Position numbers and translations under genes: made by a program. DNA of 58,704 nucleotides, from assembly GCA_037439565.1 (NCBI GenBank), contig JBBIVT010000003.1, forward strand, positions 41,583-100,286. Reading direction: 5' to 3'. Under the pieces are notes generated by a model. The model worked only from the letters and a program-made list of their open reading frames with translations, had not been told where the DNA came from and ran no database searches. Below, one piece after another: positions 18,277-27,843 of this stretch (position 1 is the first letter of the stretch; every line of letters begins with the position of its first letter). This stretch comes from Acidobacteriota bacterium (GTDB lineage: Bacteria > Acidobacteriota > Terriglobia > Bryobacterales > Bryobacteraceae).

Positions 18277-20826
18277 TTAGCTTTCGGCAGCCCATTTAAT
18301 CAGTGCGTTGCACGGCCGGTTCAAGGGATCGTCACAATGATTTGGGCTAACACGCAACGCGTAGCCCAATCGGCCAGTGGTGAACGGGGCGAAATCGCGC
18401 GCAAACAGAAACACCGATTCCTGTTGTGTCCCGATCGGTGACAGCGTGAGCACCTGAGTGTCTTCCAACTCGCCACGGGCACCGATGCGGCCGACGACTC
18501 CTTCCACGCGCACGTCCTGCGGTGTCAACCCAGCCAGATCCAGCCGCGTGCGAAGGGGGACGCTCGACCCGGCCGAGACCGTGTCGCCGCCGATGCCGTG
18601 ATCGATGAACTTTACCGCCGGCCATCGCTCGGCCACCCCGCTGTGCCAGCGGACATGATCGCGCGGAGCCTCGAAGCCGTCGCGGGAGACGCGCTCGAAG
18701 CCTTGATGCGCGGGTTCGTACAACTGCGAAGAGTACTCCAGCACCATGCGCTGGCAGTTGAAGTTCGCACTCACTGACTTCAGCGATTGCTTCACGCGGC
18801 GCATCCATTCCATCGGGATGCCCTGCTCGCGGCCCTCGTAGTACATGGGCACAATTTCGTTCTCGAGTACCGCGTAAATACCGGCCGCGTGTGCGTCGTC
18901 GCGGTCCACCGAATAAGGATCCCGGTCGCCGATGGCCCAGCCCCCGCTGTTCTCGGAAGCCTCGTCGAACCAGCCGTCCAGAATGCTCAGGTTGAGATTA
19001 CCGTTGATGCCAGCCTTCATGCCGCTGGTGCCGCAGGCCTCTTCGCCACGGCGCGGGTTGTTCAGCCAGATATCGACGCCCTGCACCATTTCGCGCGCCA
19101 CCTGTAAGCTGTAATCCTCCACGAACACGACGTGGTTCGCCAGTTCCAACTCGCGCGAGTACTGCACAATTTCACGAATCAACGTCTTACCGGGAACATC
19201 CAGCGGATGCGCCTTGCCCGCAATGATGATCTGCACCGGCATGCGCGGGTTGGTCAGAATCCGCTTCAAGCGAGCCAGGTCCCGGAACAGAAGCGTCGCC
19301 CGTTTGTAGGTGGCGAAGCGCCGCGCGAAGCCGATGGTCAGGGCGTCCGGGTCCAGCACTTCTTGCAGATGCTTGATCTCGGAAGCCGGAGCGTTTCGTT
19401 CCGCCGCGGTGGAGGCGCCGCGCTCGCGCACGAAGGAAATCAGGCGGCGCTTGCGGCGGCGATGCGCCTCCCAGAGATCCGCGATGGGGATATCGTCGAT
19501 CTGGTCCCACACGGTCGAATGTCCCTCGCGCCAGTCCGGCTCCAGAGCCTGATCGTAAAGAGAGGCCAAATCACCATTGATCCAGCTCGGCAGATGCACG
19601 CCATTGGTGACGGAGGTGATCGGAACCTCCCACACCGGGAGGTTCGGCCACAGCCCCTGCCACATCTCCTGTGAAACATGGCGGTGCAAGCGGCTGACGG
19701 CGTTGCGGTAGGCCGATGTCTTGAACGCGGCAATCGCCATGGAGAACGATTCGCTGGCGTCCTCCGGATGGCTGCGCCCCAGCGACAGAAGCTGATCGAA
19801 GGAAATGCCCGATTCGCGGCAGTACTCTTGAAAGTACTCGTACATAATCCCGGAGTCGAATAAATCGATTCCGGCGGGCACCGAGGTATGAGTGGTGAAG
19901 ACGTTATTGGTGCGGGATGCGTCCAACGCTTCCTCGAACGTCATTTTCTCGTCCCGCATCAGGCGGCGGATGCGCTCCACGGCAAGGAACGCCGAATGGC
20001 CCTCGTTCATGTGGTACACGGTCGGCTGAATGCCCAGTTCTTCGAGCGCACGCAATCCGCCAATGCCCAAGGCAATTTCCTGGCGGATACGGTTATGAGC
20101 ATCCCCGCCATAGAGCTGCGCCGTGATCACGCGATGCACGGGGTTGGGGTTTTGCGGAATATTACTGTCCAGAAGATACAGCTTCACGCGTCCCACGTCT
20201 ATGCGCCAGACCTTCAGGAATACCTGCGCCCCGGACAGCATCACAGAAACCAGCATCTCGCTGCCGTCGGCGCGTTGGACCGGAGTCACCGGCAGCGAAT
20301 AAAAGTCGTTGACCGGTGTGCGTTCCTTCTGCCATCCGTCCGGGCCGATCGATTGGCTGAAGTATCCGTTCTGATAGAGCAGTCCGACGCCCGTCAGCGG
20401 CAGATTCGCGTCGCTTGACGCCTTCAAGTGGTCGCCCGAGAGCACGCCCAGTCCGCCCGAGTAGATCGGCATACAGTCAAGCAAGCCGTACTCCATGGAA
20501 AAATACGCAACCATCATGTTGGAAGGCCGCGTGGAGGTGGCGGAAAGATAGGAGTCGTGCGTTTCACAGGCGCGCCGGTACAACGCCAGATATCGTGGAT
20601 CGGACGCAGCGCGTTCCAGTGTCGCCTGGGAGACGCGGCCCAGCATGACGATCGGATTATGATTCGATGCTTTCCAGATGACGGGATCCAGGCGTCGGAA
20701 CAGGGAACGGAGCGCGTGGTTCCAGCTCCAATGAAGGTTCAACGCCAGCTCCGGCATGCGCTGCAGGGAGGCCGGGAGAGCGGGGCGGACCAGGAATTCT
20801 TTGAGTGGTTGAATCTGAAAGGACAT
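18277..20826 (-). CDS. glgP: Alpha-glucan (glycogen/maltodextrin) phosphorylase, GT35
   Basis: 849 aa. The N-terminal LPELALNLHWSWNH matches the DUF3417-type GlgP N-terminus. PLP-lysine region EACGTSGMKAGINGNLNLSILDGWF. Confidence 0.93.
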   Translation of the reverse strand: MSFQIQPLKEFLVRPALPASLQRMPELALNLHWSWNHALRSLFRRLDPVIWKASNHNPIVMLGRVSQATLERAASDPRYLALYRRACETHDSYLSATSTRPSNMMVAYFSMEYGLLDCMPIYSGGLGVLSGDHLKASSDANLPLTGVGLLYQNGYFSQSIGPDGWQKERTPVNDFYSLPVTPVQRADGSEMLVSVMLSGAQVFLKVWRIDVGRVKLYLLDSNIPQNPNPVHRVITAQLYGGDAHNRIRQEIALGIGGLRALEELGIQPTVYHMNEGHSAFLAVERIRRLMRDEKMTFEEALDASRTNNVFTTHTSVPAGIDLFDSGIMYEYFQEYCRESGISFDQLLSLGRSHPEDASESFSMAIAAFKTSAYRNAVSRLHRHVSQEMWQGLWPNLPVWEVPITSVTNGVHLPSWINGDLASLYDQALEPDWREGHSTVWDQIDDIPIADLWEAHRRRKRRLISFVRERGASTAAERNAPASEIKHLQEVLDPDALTIGFARRFATYKRATLLFRDLARLKRILTNPRMPVQIIIAGKAHPLDVPGKTLIREIVQYSRELELANHVVFVEDYSLQVAREMVQGVDIWLNNPRRGEEACGTSGMKAGINGNLNLSILDGWFDEASENSGGWAIGDRDPYSVDRDDAHAAGIYAVLENEIVPMYYEGREQGIPMEWMRRVKQSLKSVSANFNCQRMVLEYSSQLYEPAHQGFERVSRDGFEAPRDHVRWHSGVAERWPAVKFIDHGIGGDTVSAGSSVPLRTRLDLAGLTPQDVRVEGVVGRIGARGELEDTQVLTLSPIGTQQESVFLFARDFAPFTTGRLGYALRVSPNHCDDPLNRPCNALIKWAAES

Positions 20827-20867
20827 CGCGAACGCTTAGTCCTAACAGGATAGCAAAGGATCGCGCT

Positions 20868-21770
20868 ATGCTAAGTCGCGTGAAGATCAGGAAGCATTGT
20901 CTGCTTTGGCGGATCCCGGGTGTTGCGCTCGTGATGCCGTTGCTGCTCGCCGGCTGCGGTGGGTCGAAGAAGCCTGTGGTGGTCGGAGCGAAGTCCACCA
21001 CGGCGCAGGGTTTAATCGGAGAAATCGCCGCCCAGCATCTGGAGCATCGTCTGGGGCGCAAGGTCGTGAGGAACTTGAGCCTCGGCAATACGGCGATGGC
21101 GTACCAAGCCCTGACGAACGGTGAAGTCGGCCTCTATCCGGAGGAGACCGCCACCATTCAGGCGGTTATTCTAAAGGAGCCGCCGAACCCTGACCCGGCC
21201 AGTTCGCTCGAACGGGGGCGTAACGAAATGCGGCGGATCGCGCAGGTGGAGGTGCTGGATCCGCTCGGCATTGACGACGTGTGGCGGCTCATCGTGACCA
21301 AGAATCAGGCGGCCGGGACGCTCAGTGAGGCGCAAGAAGCGAAACCCGGCTGGAGACTTGGCGTGACTCGCGACTTCAATGAGCGCCTCGATGGACTCAC
21401 CGCGCTCAATCAGTACCACCTGCCGATGGCCGCGGTGCCGCGGGTGGCCGATGCAGCCTCTTTATATGCCGCGCTGGAGTCGGGCGAGTTAAGCATGGTG
21501 GCCGGGAATGCTACCGACGGCCCTCTCTCCCGGCACAGCGACTGGAAAATCCTTCGCGATGACAAAAAAGTTTTTGTTTCCTATCGAACCTGTCTCATGG
21601 TGCGCGCGGACTTGATCATGAGCGACCCCAGGATCCAGCCCGCATTGGCCGAATTGTCAGGAAAATTCACCGATGAAGCGTTGAGCGCGCTGGCCGCGCA
21701 GGTGGATATCGATCACAGGAAAGCGGCGGACGCTGCGGCGGAATTTCTGGCTCGCGCAGGATTGAAATAA
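20868..21770 (+). CDS. Glycine-betaine/osmoprotectant-type ABC substrate-binding lipoprotein (OpuAC/OpuBC-like), orphan
   Basis: ATG at 20868, lipobox LLLAGC. VVVGAKSTTAQGLIGEIAAQHLE...NTAMAYQALTNGEVGLYPE. No permease or ATPase is adjacent. Confidence 0.65.
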   Translation: MLSRVKIRKHCLLWRIPGVALVMPLLLAGCGGSKKPVVVGAKSTTAQGLIGEIAAQHLEHRLGRKVVRNLSLGNTAMAYQALTNGEVGLYPEETATIQAVILKEPPNPDPASSLERGRNEMRRIAQVEVLDPLGIDDVWRLIVTKNQAAGTLSEAQEAKPGWRLGVTRDFNERLDGLTALNQYHLPMAAVPRVADAASLYAALESGELSMVAGNATDGPLSRHSDWKILRDDKKVFVSYRTCLMVRADLIMSDPRIQPALAELSGKFTDEALSALAAQVDIDHRKAADAAAEFLARAGLK

Positions 21771-21827
21771 TTCTTAAGGAACAAAACCAAACCGCGACGC
21801 GTCCGTCTTAATAACCAAAGCGAGTGA

Positions 21828-21883
21828 GGCCTCCGCGCGGATCCCTTCCCCAACTACAACCGCCGCACGGAGGCCCGCTTTTT
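21828..21883 (+). terminator. Possible terminator between convergent genes
   Basis: ggcctccg (21828-21835) pairs with cggaggcc (21868-21875), followed by cgcttttt. The loop is long and GC-rich inner pairs are possible. Confidence 0.35.
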
Positions 21884-21993
21884 GTTCCCTAAAGTGTACA
21901 GGGAATCCCGGAAGCGGTCAATTCTTATTTTGGAGAGAAGGATACATTTACCGGCGGTTGATACCGCGCGCCGGGCCTTGCGCTCCATTCGGG

Positions 21994-23202
21994 CTACTTT
22001 TTTCTTTGATCTAAATTCGGCAGGAACACCGTCAGAAGGCCGATGGCCGGGAGGAAGGCGCACGTGCGGTAGACGAAGGTGATGCTGGTCGCGTCGGCGA
22101 GGCGCCCGAGCATGGCGGCCCCGATGCCGGCGACCCCGAAGGCGAGTCCGAAGAAGAGGCCGGAAATGGCGCCTACACGGCCGGGGACCAGTTCCTGTGC
22201 GTAAACGAGGATCGCCGAAAAGGCCGAGGCCAGCACCAGGCCGATGATGACGGTGAGGACCCCGGTCCACAAGAGATTCGCGTAGGGCAGCGCCAGGGTA
22301 AACGGCAGGATGCCGAGGATCGAGGCCCAGATGACGTACTTACGGCCGATGCGATCGCCGATGGGGCCTCCGGCGAAAGTGCCGGCGGCGACGGCTCCCA
22401 GGAACAGGAACAGGTGGATCTGGGCGTTCTGGACCGAAAGGTGAAATTTACTGATTAAGTAAAAAGTATAGTAACTGGTCAGGCTGGCCAGATAGATATA
22501 TTTTGAAAAAACCAGGGCGATGAGTACCAGCATGGCGAGGGTCACCTGGCGGGGCGAAAGGGTCGCATGACGCTCCGGAGCGCGGCGTTGGACAGTGGGC
22601 GGGTGATGGGTTTTGTACCATGATCCGACCTGGACAAGAATCAGCATGGCGATCAGAGCGGCGAGGGAGAAGAAGGCGATGCTGTGCTGTCCCTTGGGGA
22701 GGACGATGAAGGCCGCCAGGAGGGGGCCGGTGGCCGATCCGGCGTTGCCGCCAACTTGAAATAAAGATTGGGCTAAACCGTGCTGGCCACCCGATGCCAG
22801 ACGGGCGATTCGTGAGGATTCCGGGTGGAAGACCGCGGAACCGACGCCCACCAGCGCGACTGCGGCCAGGATTGCCAAAAAGCTGGGCGCGGAGGCAAGC
22901 AGGAGGAGTCCGGCGAGTGTAAATCCCATGCCGATGGCGAGAGAGTAAGGCTTCGGATGCTTGTCCGTATACACGCCGACCAGCGGCTGGAGCAGCGAGG
23001 CGGTGATCTGAAGCGAAGCGGTGATCATGCCGATCTGGCTGAAATCGAGATGGTAGGACGATTTGAGGATCGGGTAGACCGCCGGGACAACGGATTGCAT
23101 CATGTCGTTCAGCAGGTGACAGAAGCTGATGGCTGCCAGGATTCGGAAGGCGGTTCCCGACGCGTCCTGAGTGAGACCTGGGTTTACGGTGGTGGCAGAC
23201 AC
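21994..23202 (-). CDS. MFS transporter (Fsr/fosmidomycin-resistance-like subfamily)
   Basis: 402 aa, 12 predicted TM. N-terminal FRILAAISFCHLLNDMMQSVVPAVYPILK is typical of Fsr-like MFS proteins. Confidence 0.8.
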   Translation of the reverse strand: MSATTVNPGLTQDASGTAFRILAAISFCHLLNDMMQSVVPAVYPILKSSYHLDFSQIGMITASLQITASLLQPLVGVYTDKHPKPYSLAIGMGFTLAGLLLLASAPSFLAILAAVALVGVGSAVFHPESSRIARLASGGQHGLAQSLFQVGGNAGSATGPLLAAFIVLPKGQHSIAFFSLAALIAMLILVQVGSWYKTHHPPTVQRRAPERHATLSPRQVTLAMLVLIALVFSKYIYLASLTSYYTFYLISKFHLSVQNAQIHLFLFLGAVAAGTFAGGPIGDRIGRKYVIWASILGILPFTLALPYANLLWTGVLTVIIGLVLASAFSAILVYAQELVPGRVGAISGLFFGLAFGVAGIGAAMLGRLADATSITFVYRTCAFLPAIGLLTVFLPNLDQRKK

Positions 23203-23292
23203 TCTTTTCTAGTTTACGTCCAGAAACGCCGGAGCGTTAGGATACACATCGGTATAGCAGGATCTTCCGAATCCCATATTCCGGACTTGCTC

Positions 23293-23308
23293 TGGCCTGG
23301 GAAGTGCA
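23293..23308 (+). promoter_or_regulatory. Candidate sigma-54 (-24/-12) promoter upstream of the kinase/activator pair
   Basis: TGGCCTGGGAAGTGCA has the GG (23294-95) and GC (23306-07) dinucleotides at the canonical 12-nt register of TGGCAC-N5-TTGCA. It lies 84 nt upstream of the ATG at 23392. Confidence 0.3.
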
Positions 23309-23391
23309 GTATTATCAATCACAAGCTTCGGCAAGAGGGTGGTCCTTCACGTGCACTGACTCCACCCGGGTTCGTGTCTTCAGCGGGCAGT

Positions 23392-26334
23392 ATGAAGGAA
23401 TTCAGGCAACAGCTCGTTAGCGCGTTGCTGGTGATCGTGACGGTGGCGGCGGTGGTGGCCGCAGCAGTCAACTTCCAGCAACAGAGCCGATTTGCGCTTC
23501 CTGACGACGGCGTCGCCTGGGTGGATCAGATCGGGGCCGATCATAATGCGCACGTAGTGGCGGCATACGTAATGCCGGGAAGTCCGGCGGCAAAGCAGGG
23601 GCTGCGGGCCGGTGACGTTCTTCTCTCCATCGAAGACGTCCGGATGGACGATGCGCTCGAAGCGACGCAGGTGCTGGCGCGGCTAGGCCCGTGGCGCGAG
23701 GCCAAGTACGAAATGATGCGTGGCGGCCGGCCGTTTGCCGCCAAGGTGATCATCGGTCAGGCCGAACGCGATTCCACAATTTTTTATCAATATGCGGTGG
23801 CCGTGTTGTATCTGGCCATCGGGCTATTTGTTTATTTCCGGCGGGGAAGCGCGCCGCGGGCGCTGCATTTCTTCCTGCTGTGCCTGGCGTCGTTCATCAT
23901 GTCGGCGTTCCATTATTCAGGGAAGCTGAATAACTTCGACAAGTTGATTTATCTGGGCAACGTGGTGGCGGGGTATCTTGCCCCGACGCTTTTTCTGCAC
24001 TTCTGCTTTGTGTTTCCCGAGGCGCAATCCTGGATCAGGAGGCGGGGCGCGGCAGTGCTGTTGTACATCCCCGGCCTTTCGCTGATGGCCGCCCACTTAG
24101 GCGTGATTTTCGGATACGTCCATACGGATGCGCCGCTGCTCGAAATGCGTTGGGTGCTGGACCGGGTCTGGCTGACGTTCCTGTGCGGGATGTACCTGGG
24201 CGGCGGAGCCGTTCTGGCCTGGCAGTTGCGCAAGGCCGAGGATCCGGTAGTGCGCAAGCAGTTGACGTGGCTGCGCAACGGCGCGGTGGTTGGGATTGTG
24301 CCGTTCGCGCTGATTTACGCCCTGCCTTATCTGTTTGGCGTGCCGCCGAATCACGCCATGAATCTGGCGGTGCTGTCCCTGCCGCTGATTCCGCTCACCT
24401 GGGCCTACGCGATTCTGCGCTACCGCTTGATGGATGTCGACGTGATTTTCCAGGAAGGCTATGTCTACACGTTGGCCACGCTGGCGGTGCTGTCGATCTT
24501 CTACGGCCTGATCTTCACGGTGAGCAAGGCGGGTGAACTGAATGGCACGGCGATGGTGGCGCTGATCCTGATTGCGGCATTCGTGTTCCAGCCGATCCGC
24601 AAGTGGATTCAGGAGCAGTTGGACCGCTATTACTTCTACAAAGACCGCTACGATTACCGGCGCACGCTGATTGAGTTCGCGCGCGAGCTGGGTTCGCCGA
24701 CGAATTTGGGTGAGATGCTGGAGAGCGTGGCGGACCGGTTGATCCGGACGCTGGGTATCCGCCACGTGGCGTTCTTCGTGTGGGACGATGCCGAAGCGCG
24801 GTTCCGGTTGGAACTGGCCAGCAACCGGCACGGCAAGCAGACGGAAAATGTTCCCTACGGGCTGGACTTGAGTTTTTTGAGCGCCAAGCCGGGAAAGCCG
24901 TATTTGTTCTTTGAAAGGACAAGGAACCTACTCGACGTGGTGTCGCACGAGATGCCGGTGTCGGCGCGGCGTTCGATCGCCGAACTGGAGCTGACGTATT
25001 ACCTGCCCTGCCTGGCGCGTGGGCGGACGATTGCGTATCTGGGCGTGAGCCGCACCGAGTCGGGCGATTTTCTCTCCAGTGAGGATGTCGAGCTTCTGGT
25101 CACGCTTTCCGGCTACGTGGGCATCGCGGTGGATAATTCGATGCTGTATCAATCGCTGGCGCGCAAGGTGGAAGAGTACGAGCGGTTGAAGGAGTTCAGC
25201 GAAAACATCGTCGAATCGATCAACGTCGGGATTCTGGCCGCGGATCTCGAGGATCGCGTCGAGAGCTGGAACTCGCAGATCGAGAAGTTGACGGGGATTT
25301 CCCGGGCGCAGGCGGTGGGCAGAAAGCTCAGCGAACTGTTGCCCGCGGACCTGTGCGAGCGGCTCGGGCCGGGCGTGGACAACGTCTACAAATACGTCCT
25401 GCAGCCACGGGAAACGACGCTGAACATCGCGGTGGCGCCGCTGATTTCCCGCGATGGCGCGCGGATCGGGCGGCTGATTATTTTCGACGACGTCACGGAC
25501 CGGGCGGAGCTGGAGCGGAGGCTCATGCAGGCCGACAAGCTGAGTTCCATCGGGCTTCTCGCCGCGGGCGTGGCGCATGAGGTCAACACGCCCCTGGCGG
25601 TGATCTCGACCTACGCGCAGATGCTGGCCAAACAGATTTCGGGCGACGAGCAGAAGGCGCCGCTGCTCGAAAAAATCGCGCGGCAGACGTTCCGGGCAAG
25701 CGAGATCGTCAATTCCCTGCTGAATTTCTCCCGCACTTCGCCGACGGAGTTCGTCAGCGTGGATCTCAACAAGACGCTCAAGGAGACGCTGGCGCTGATG
25801 GAGCACCAGCTGACGAAGATCGGCGTGAAGACGGCGCTATCGTTCGACGAGTCCCTGCCGCGGATCAAGGGGAACCCGGGAAAGCTGCAGCAGGTATTCC
25901 TGAATCTGTTCCTGAACGCGAGGGACGCGATGGAACGGGATGGATTGCTGACGGTGAAGACATCGGCCCATGACGGCCGCGTGATCGTTTCCGTGGCCGA
26001 TTCCGGAGCGGGGATCGCGGCCGAGAATCTGGCGAAGATTTTCGATCCGTTCTTCACCACCAAGGGCGCGAAAAAGGGAACGGGATTGGGGTTGTCGGTG
26101 AGCTACGGCATTGTGCGCGAGCACGGAGGCGACATCGAGGTGGAGAGCAGGATCGGCGCGGGGACGCGCTTCGAGCTATCATTTCCTGAGGCGGCAGTTT
26201 TGGAGGCGGCGATCAAGCGAAGCGAGCTTCCGGCCGGTATTCCGGCGGGGACGCCGGTGCAAGCGGTGTCCGCCCAGGTCGTGTCCCCGGCGCCGAGTTC
26301 TGCGGTGGCGCGAACCGATAGGTTGATGTATTAG
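23392..26334 (+). CDS. Sensor histidine kinase: TM, PDZ, polytopic membrane domain, GAF, PAS, HisKA, HATPase
   Basis: ATG at 23392; the upstream part of the track ORF is antisense to the MFS gene. PDZ-like MPGSPAAKQGLRAGDVLLSIEDV after TM1, then about 8 TM. GAF (LGEMLESVADRLIRTLGIRHVAFFVWDD...), PAS (IVESINVGILAADLEDRVESWNSQIEKLTGI). H-box AAGVAHEVNTPL, N-box NLFLNARDAM, G-boxes DSGAGI and GTGLGLS. Confidence 0.9.
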   Translation: MKEFRQQLVSALLVIVTVAAVVAAAVNFQQQSRFALPDDGVAWVDQIGADHNAHVVAAYVMPGSPAAKQGLRAGDVLLSIEDVRMDDALEATQVLARLGPWREAKYEMMRGGRPFAAKVIIGQAERDSTIFYQYAVAVLYLAIGLFVYFRRGSAPRALHFFLLCLASFIMSAFHYSGKLNNFDKLIYLGNVVAGYLAPTLFLHFCFVFPEAQSWIRRRGAAVLLYIPGLSLMAAHLGVIFGYVHTDAPLLEMRWVLDRVWLTFLCGMYLGGGAVLAWQLRKAEDPVVRKQLTWLRNGAVVGIVPFALIYALPYLFGVPPNHAMNLAVLSLPLIPLTWAYAILRYRLMDVDVIFQEGYVYTLATLAVLSIFYGLIFTVSKAGELNGTAMVALILIAAFVFQPIRKWIQEQLDRYYFYKDRYDYRRTLIEFARELGSPTNLGEMLESVADRLIRTLGIRHVAFFVWDDAEARFRLELASNRHGKQTENVPYGLDLSFLSAKPGKPYLFFERTRNLLDVVSHEMPVSARRSIAELELTYYLPCLARGRTIAYLGVSRTESGDFLSSEDVELLVTLSGYVGIAVDNSMLYQSLARKVEEYERLKEFSENIVESINVGILAADLEDRVESWNSQIEKLTGISRAQAVGRKLSELLPADLCERLGPGVDNVYKYVLQPRETTLNIAVAPLISRDGARIGRLIIFDDVTDRAELERRLMQADKLSSIGLLAAGVAHEVNTPLAVISTYAQMLAKQISGDEQKAPLLEKIARQTFRASEIVNSLLNFSRTSPTEFVSVDLNKTLKETLALMEHQLTKIGVKTALSFDESLPRIKGNPGKLQQVFLNLFLNARDAMERDGLLTVKTSAHDGRVIVSVADSGAGIAAENLAKIFDPFFTTKGAKKGTGLGLSVSYGIVREHGGDIEVESRIGAGTRFELSFPEAAVLEAAIKRSELPAGIPAGTPVQAVSAQVVSPAPSSAVARTDRLMY

Positions 26335-27798
26335 ATGATCCTCGACAGTCCGTTTCCTCCCGACACGCCGAGCACGGAAAAGTCCCCTCGCGGGCGCATC
26401 CTGGTGATCGATGATGAACCGGACATTCGCGAAAGCCTGGAAGCGTTGCTTTCGCTCGAAGGCTATCGCGTCGATCTGGCAGTGAATGCCACCGAAGGGC
26501 TGAAGAAGCTGGAAACATCCCTGTACGATCTGGTGCTGGTGGACCTGATGATGCCGGACAAGAGCGGCATGGAAGTGGTGGAGGAGATCCGGCAGAGGGA
26601 TCGCGAAACCCCGCTGTTCATGATCACCGCCTACGGGTCGATTGAAGTGGCGGTGGAGGCGCTGAAGCGCGGCGCCAACGATTACTTCTCCAAGCCCTGG
26701 GACAACGAGAAGCTGGTGATCGAGATCGAACGCATGATCTCGAAGCACCGTTTGGAGCGCGAAAATACCGAACTCAAACGGGCACTGAAACAGCGCTATA
26801 GCTTTCCGAATATCGTCGGCAAAAGCGAGAGAATGATGAAGATCCTCGACCTGGTGGCGCAGGTCGCCGCGAGCCGCGCGACGATTCTCATCACGGGCGA
26901 AACGGGAACGGGCAAGGAACTGATCGCCAATGCGATCCATGCAAGGTCGGCGCGCAGCGATCACCCGTTTGTTGCGGTAAATTCGGGTTCCGTTCCGCCC
27001 GATCTGCTCGAATCGGCTCTGTTCGGGCACGTCAAGGGCGCATTCACCGGCGCGGTGGCGTCGCGCAAGGGATATTTCGAGATCGCCAACCGGGGCACGA
27101 TTTTCTTCGATGAGATCGGAACCATTTCGCCCGAGACGCAGACCAAGCTGCTCCGCGTGATTCAGGAGCGCGAGTTCATGCCGCTCGGCTCCGCGGAAAC
27201 AATCCGCGTGGATGTCAGGATCGTGGCGGCCACCAATGCCGACCTGAAGAAGGCGGTGGAGGAGGGCAGGTTCCGCGAGGATTTGTATTACCGGCTGAAC
27301 GTGATCAACCTCGCTCTGCCGCCGCTGCGCGACCGCAAGGAAGACATTCCGGCGCTGGTGGATCATTTCTTCGCCAAGTATTGCCGGGAAAATGAAAAGT
27401 ACCTGGATTCCGGCGGGCGCAGCATGCTCCGGTTCGAACCGGAGGCGATGCAGATTCTGATGGATCACGCCTGGCCGGGCAATGTCCGCGAGTTGGAAAA
27501 CGTGGTGGAGCGCGCGGTGGTGCTGGCGTCGCAATCGCTGGTTCCGGCCGATGTGCTGCCGGAGCATCTGCTGGAAGCCAAGGGCCTGAGAATCCGCCGG
27601 GACGCGAGCGGTGGGCTGGCCGCGGACGCTAGCCTGTTCGAAGTGGTCGCGGATTTCGAGCGGCGCAAAATCATTGAGCAGTTGGAAGAGTCCGACTGGA
27701 GCCAGACGGCAGCGGCCGAGGCCCTGCACGTTCCGCTGTCGACGTTGAATCAGAAAATCAAGCGGCTGAATATTGAAGTGAAGAAGCGCGGGCAGTAG
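26335..27798 (+). CDS. Sigma-54-dependent response regulator (NtrC/AtoC family)
   Basis: Starts immediately after the kinase stop. REC (ILVIDDEPDI...VLVDLMMPDKSG), AAA+ (GETGTGKE, ESALFGHVKGAFTGA with the GAFTGA sigma-54 contact loop) and a Fis-type HTH at the C-terminus. Confidence 0.93.
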   Translation: MILDSPFPPDTPSTEKSPRGRILVIDDEPDIRESLEALLSLEGYRVDLAVNATEGLKKLETSLYDLVLVDLMMPDKSGMEVVEEIRQRDRETPLFMITAYGSIEVAVEALKRGANDYFSKPWDNEKLVIEIERMISKHRLERENTELKRALKQRYSFPNIVGKSERMMKILDLVAQVAASRATILITGETGTGKELIANAIHARSARSDHPFVAVNSGSVPPDLLESALFGHVKGAFTGAVASRKGYFEIANRGTIFFDEIGTISPETQTKLLRVIQEREFMPLGSAETIRVDVRIVAATNADLKKAVEEGRFREDLYYRLNVINLALPPLRDRKEDIPALVDHFFAKYCRENEKYLDSGGRSMLRFEPEAMQILMDHAWPGNVRELENVVERAVVLASQSLVPADVLPEHLLEAKGLRIRRDASGGLAADASLFEVVADFERRKIIEQLEESDWSQTAAAEALHVPLSTLNQKIKRLNIEVKKRGQ

Positions 27799-27843
27799 AG
27801 CCGGCGCGCGACCCTTATCGCCATCAAGCTACCCTGAAGAAAC

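Noticed and set aside
22825-23391. N-terminal 189-codon extension of the kinase ORF (track start 22825)
   Set aside because: It is antisense to the MFS transporter and has non-protein-like composition. The ATG at 23392 yields a normal TM1 and leaves an intergenic promoter region.
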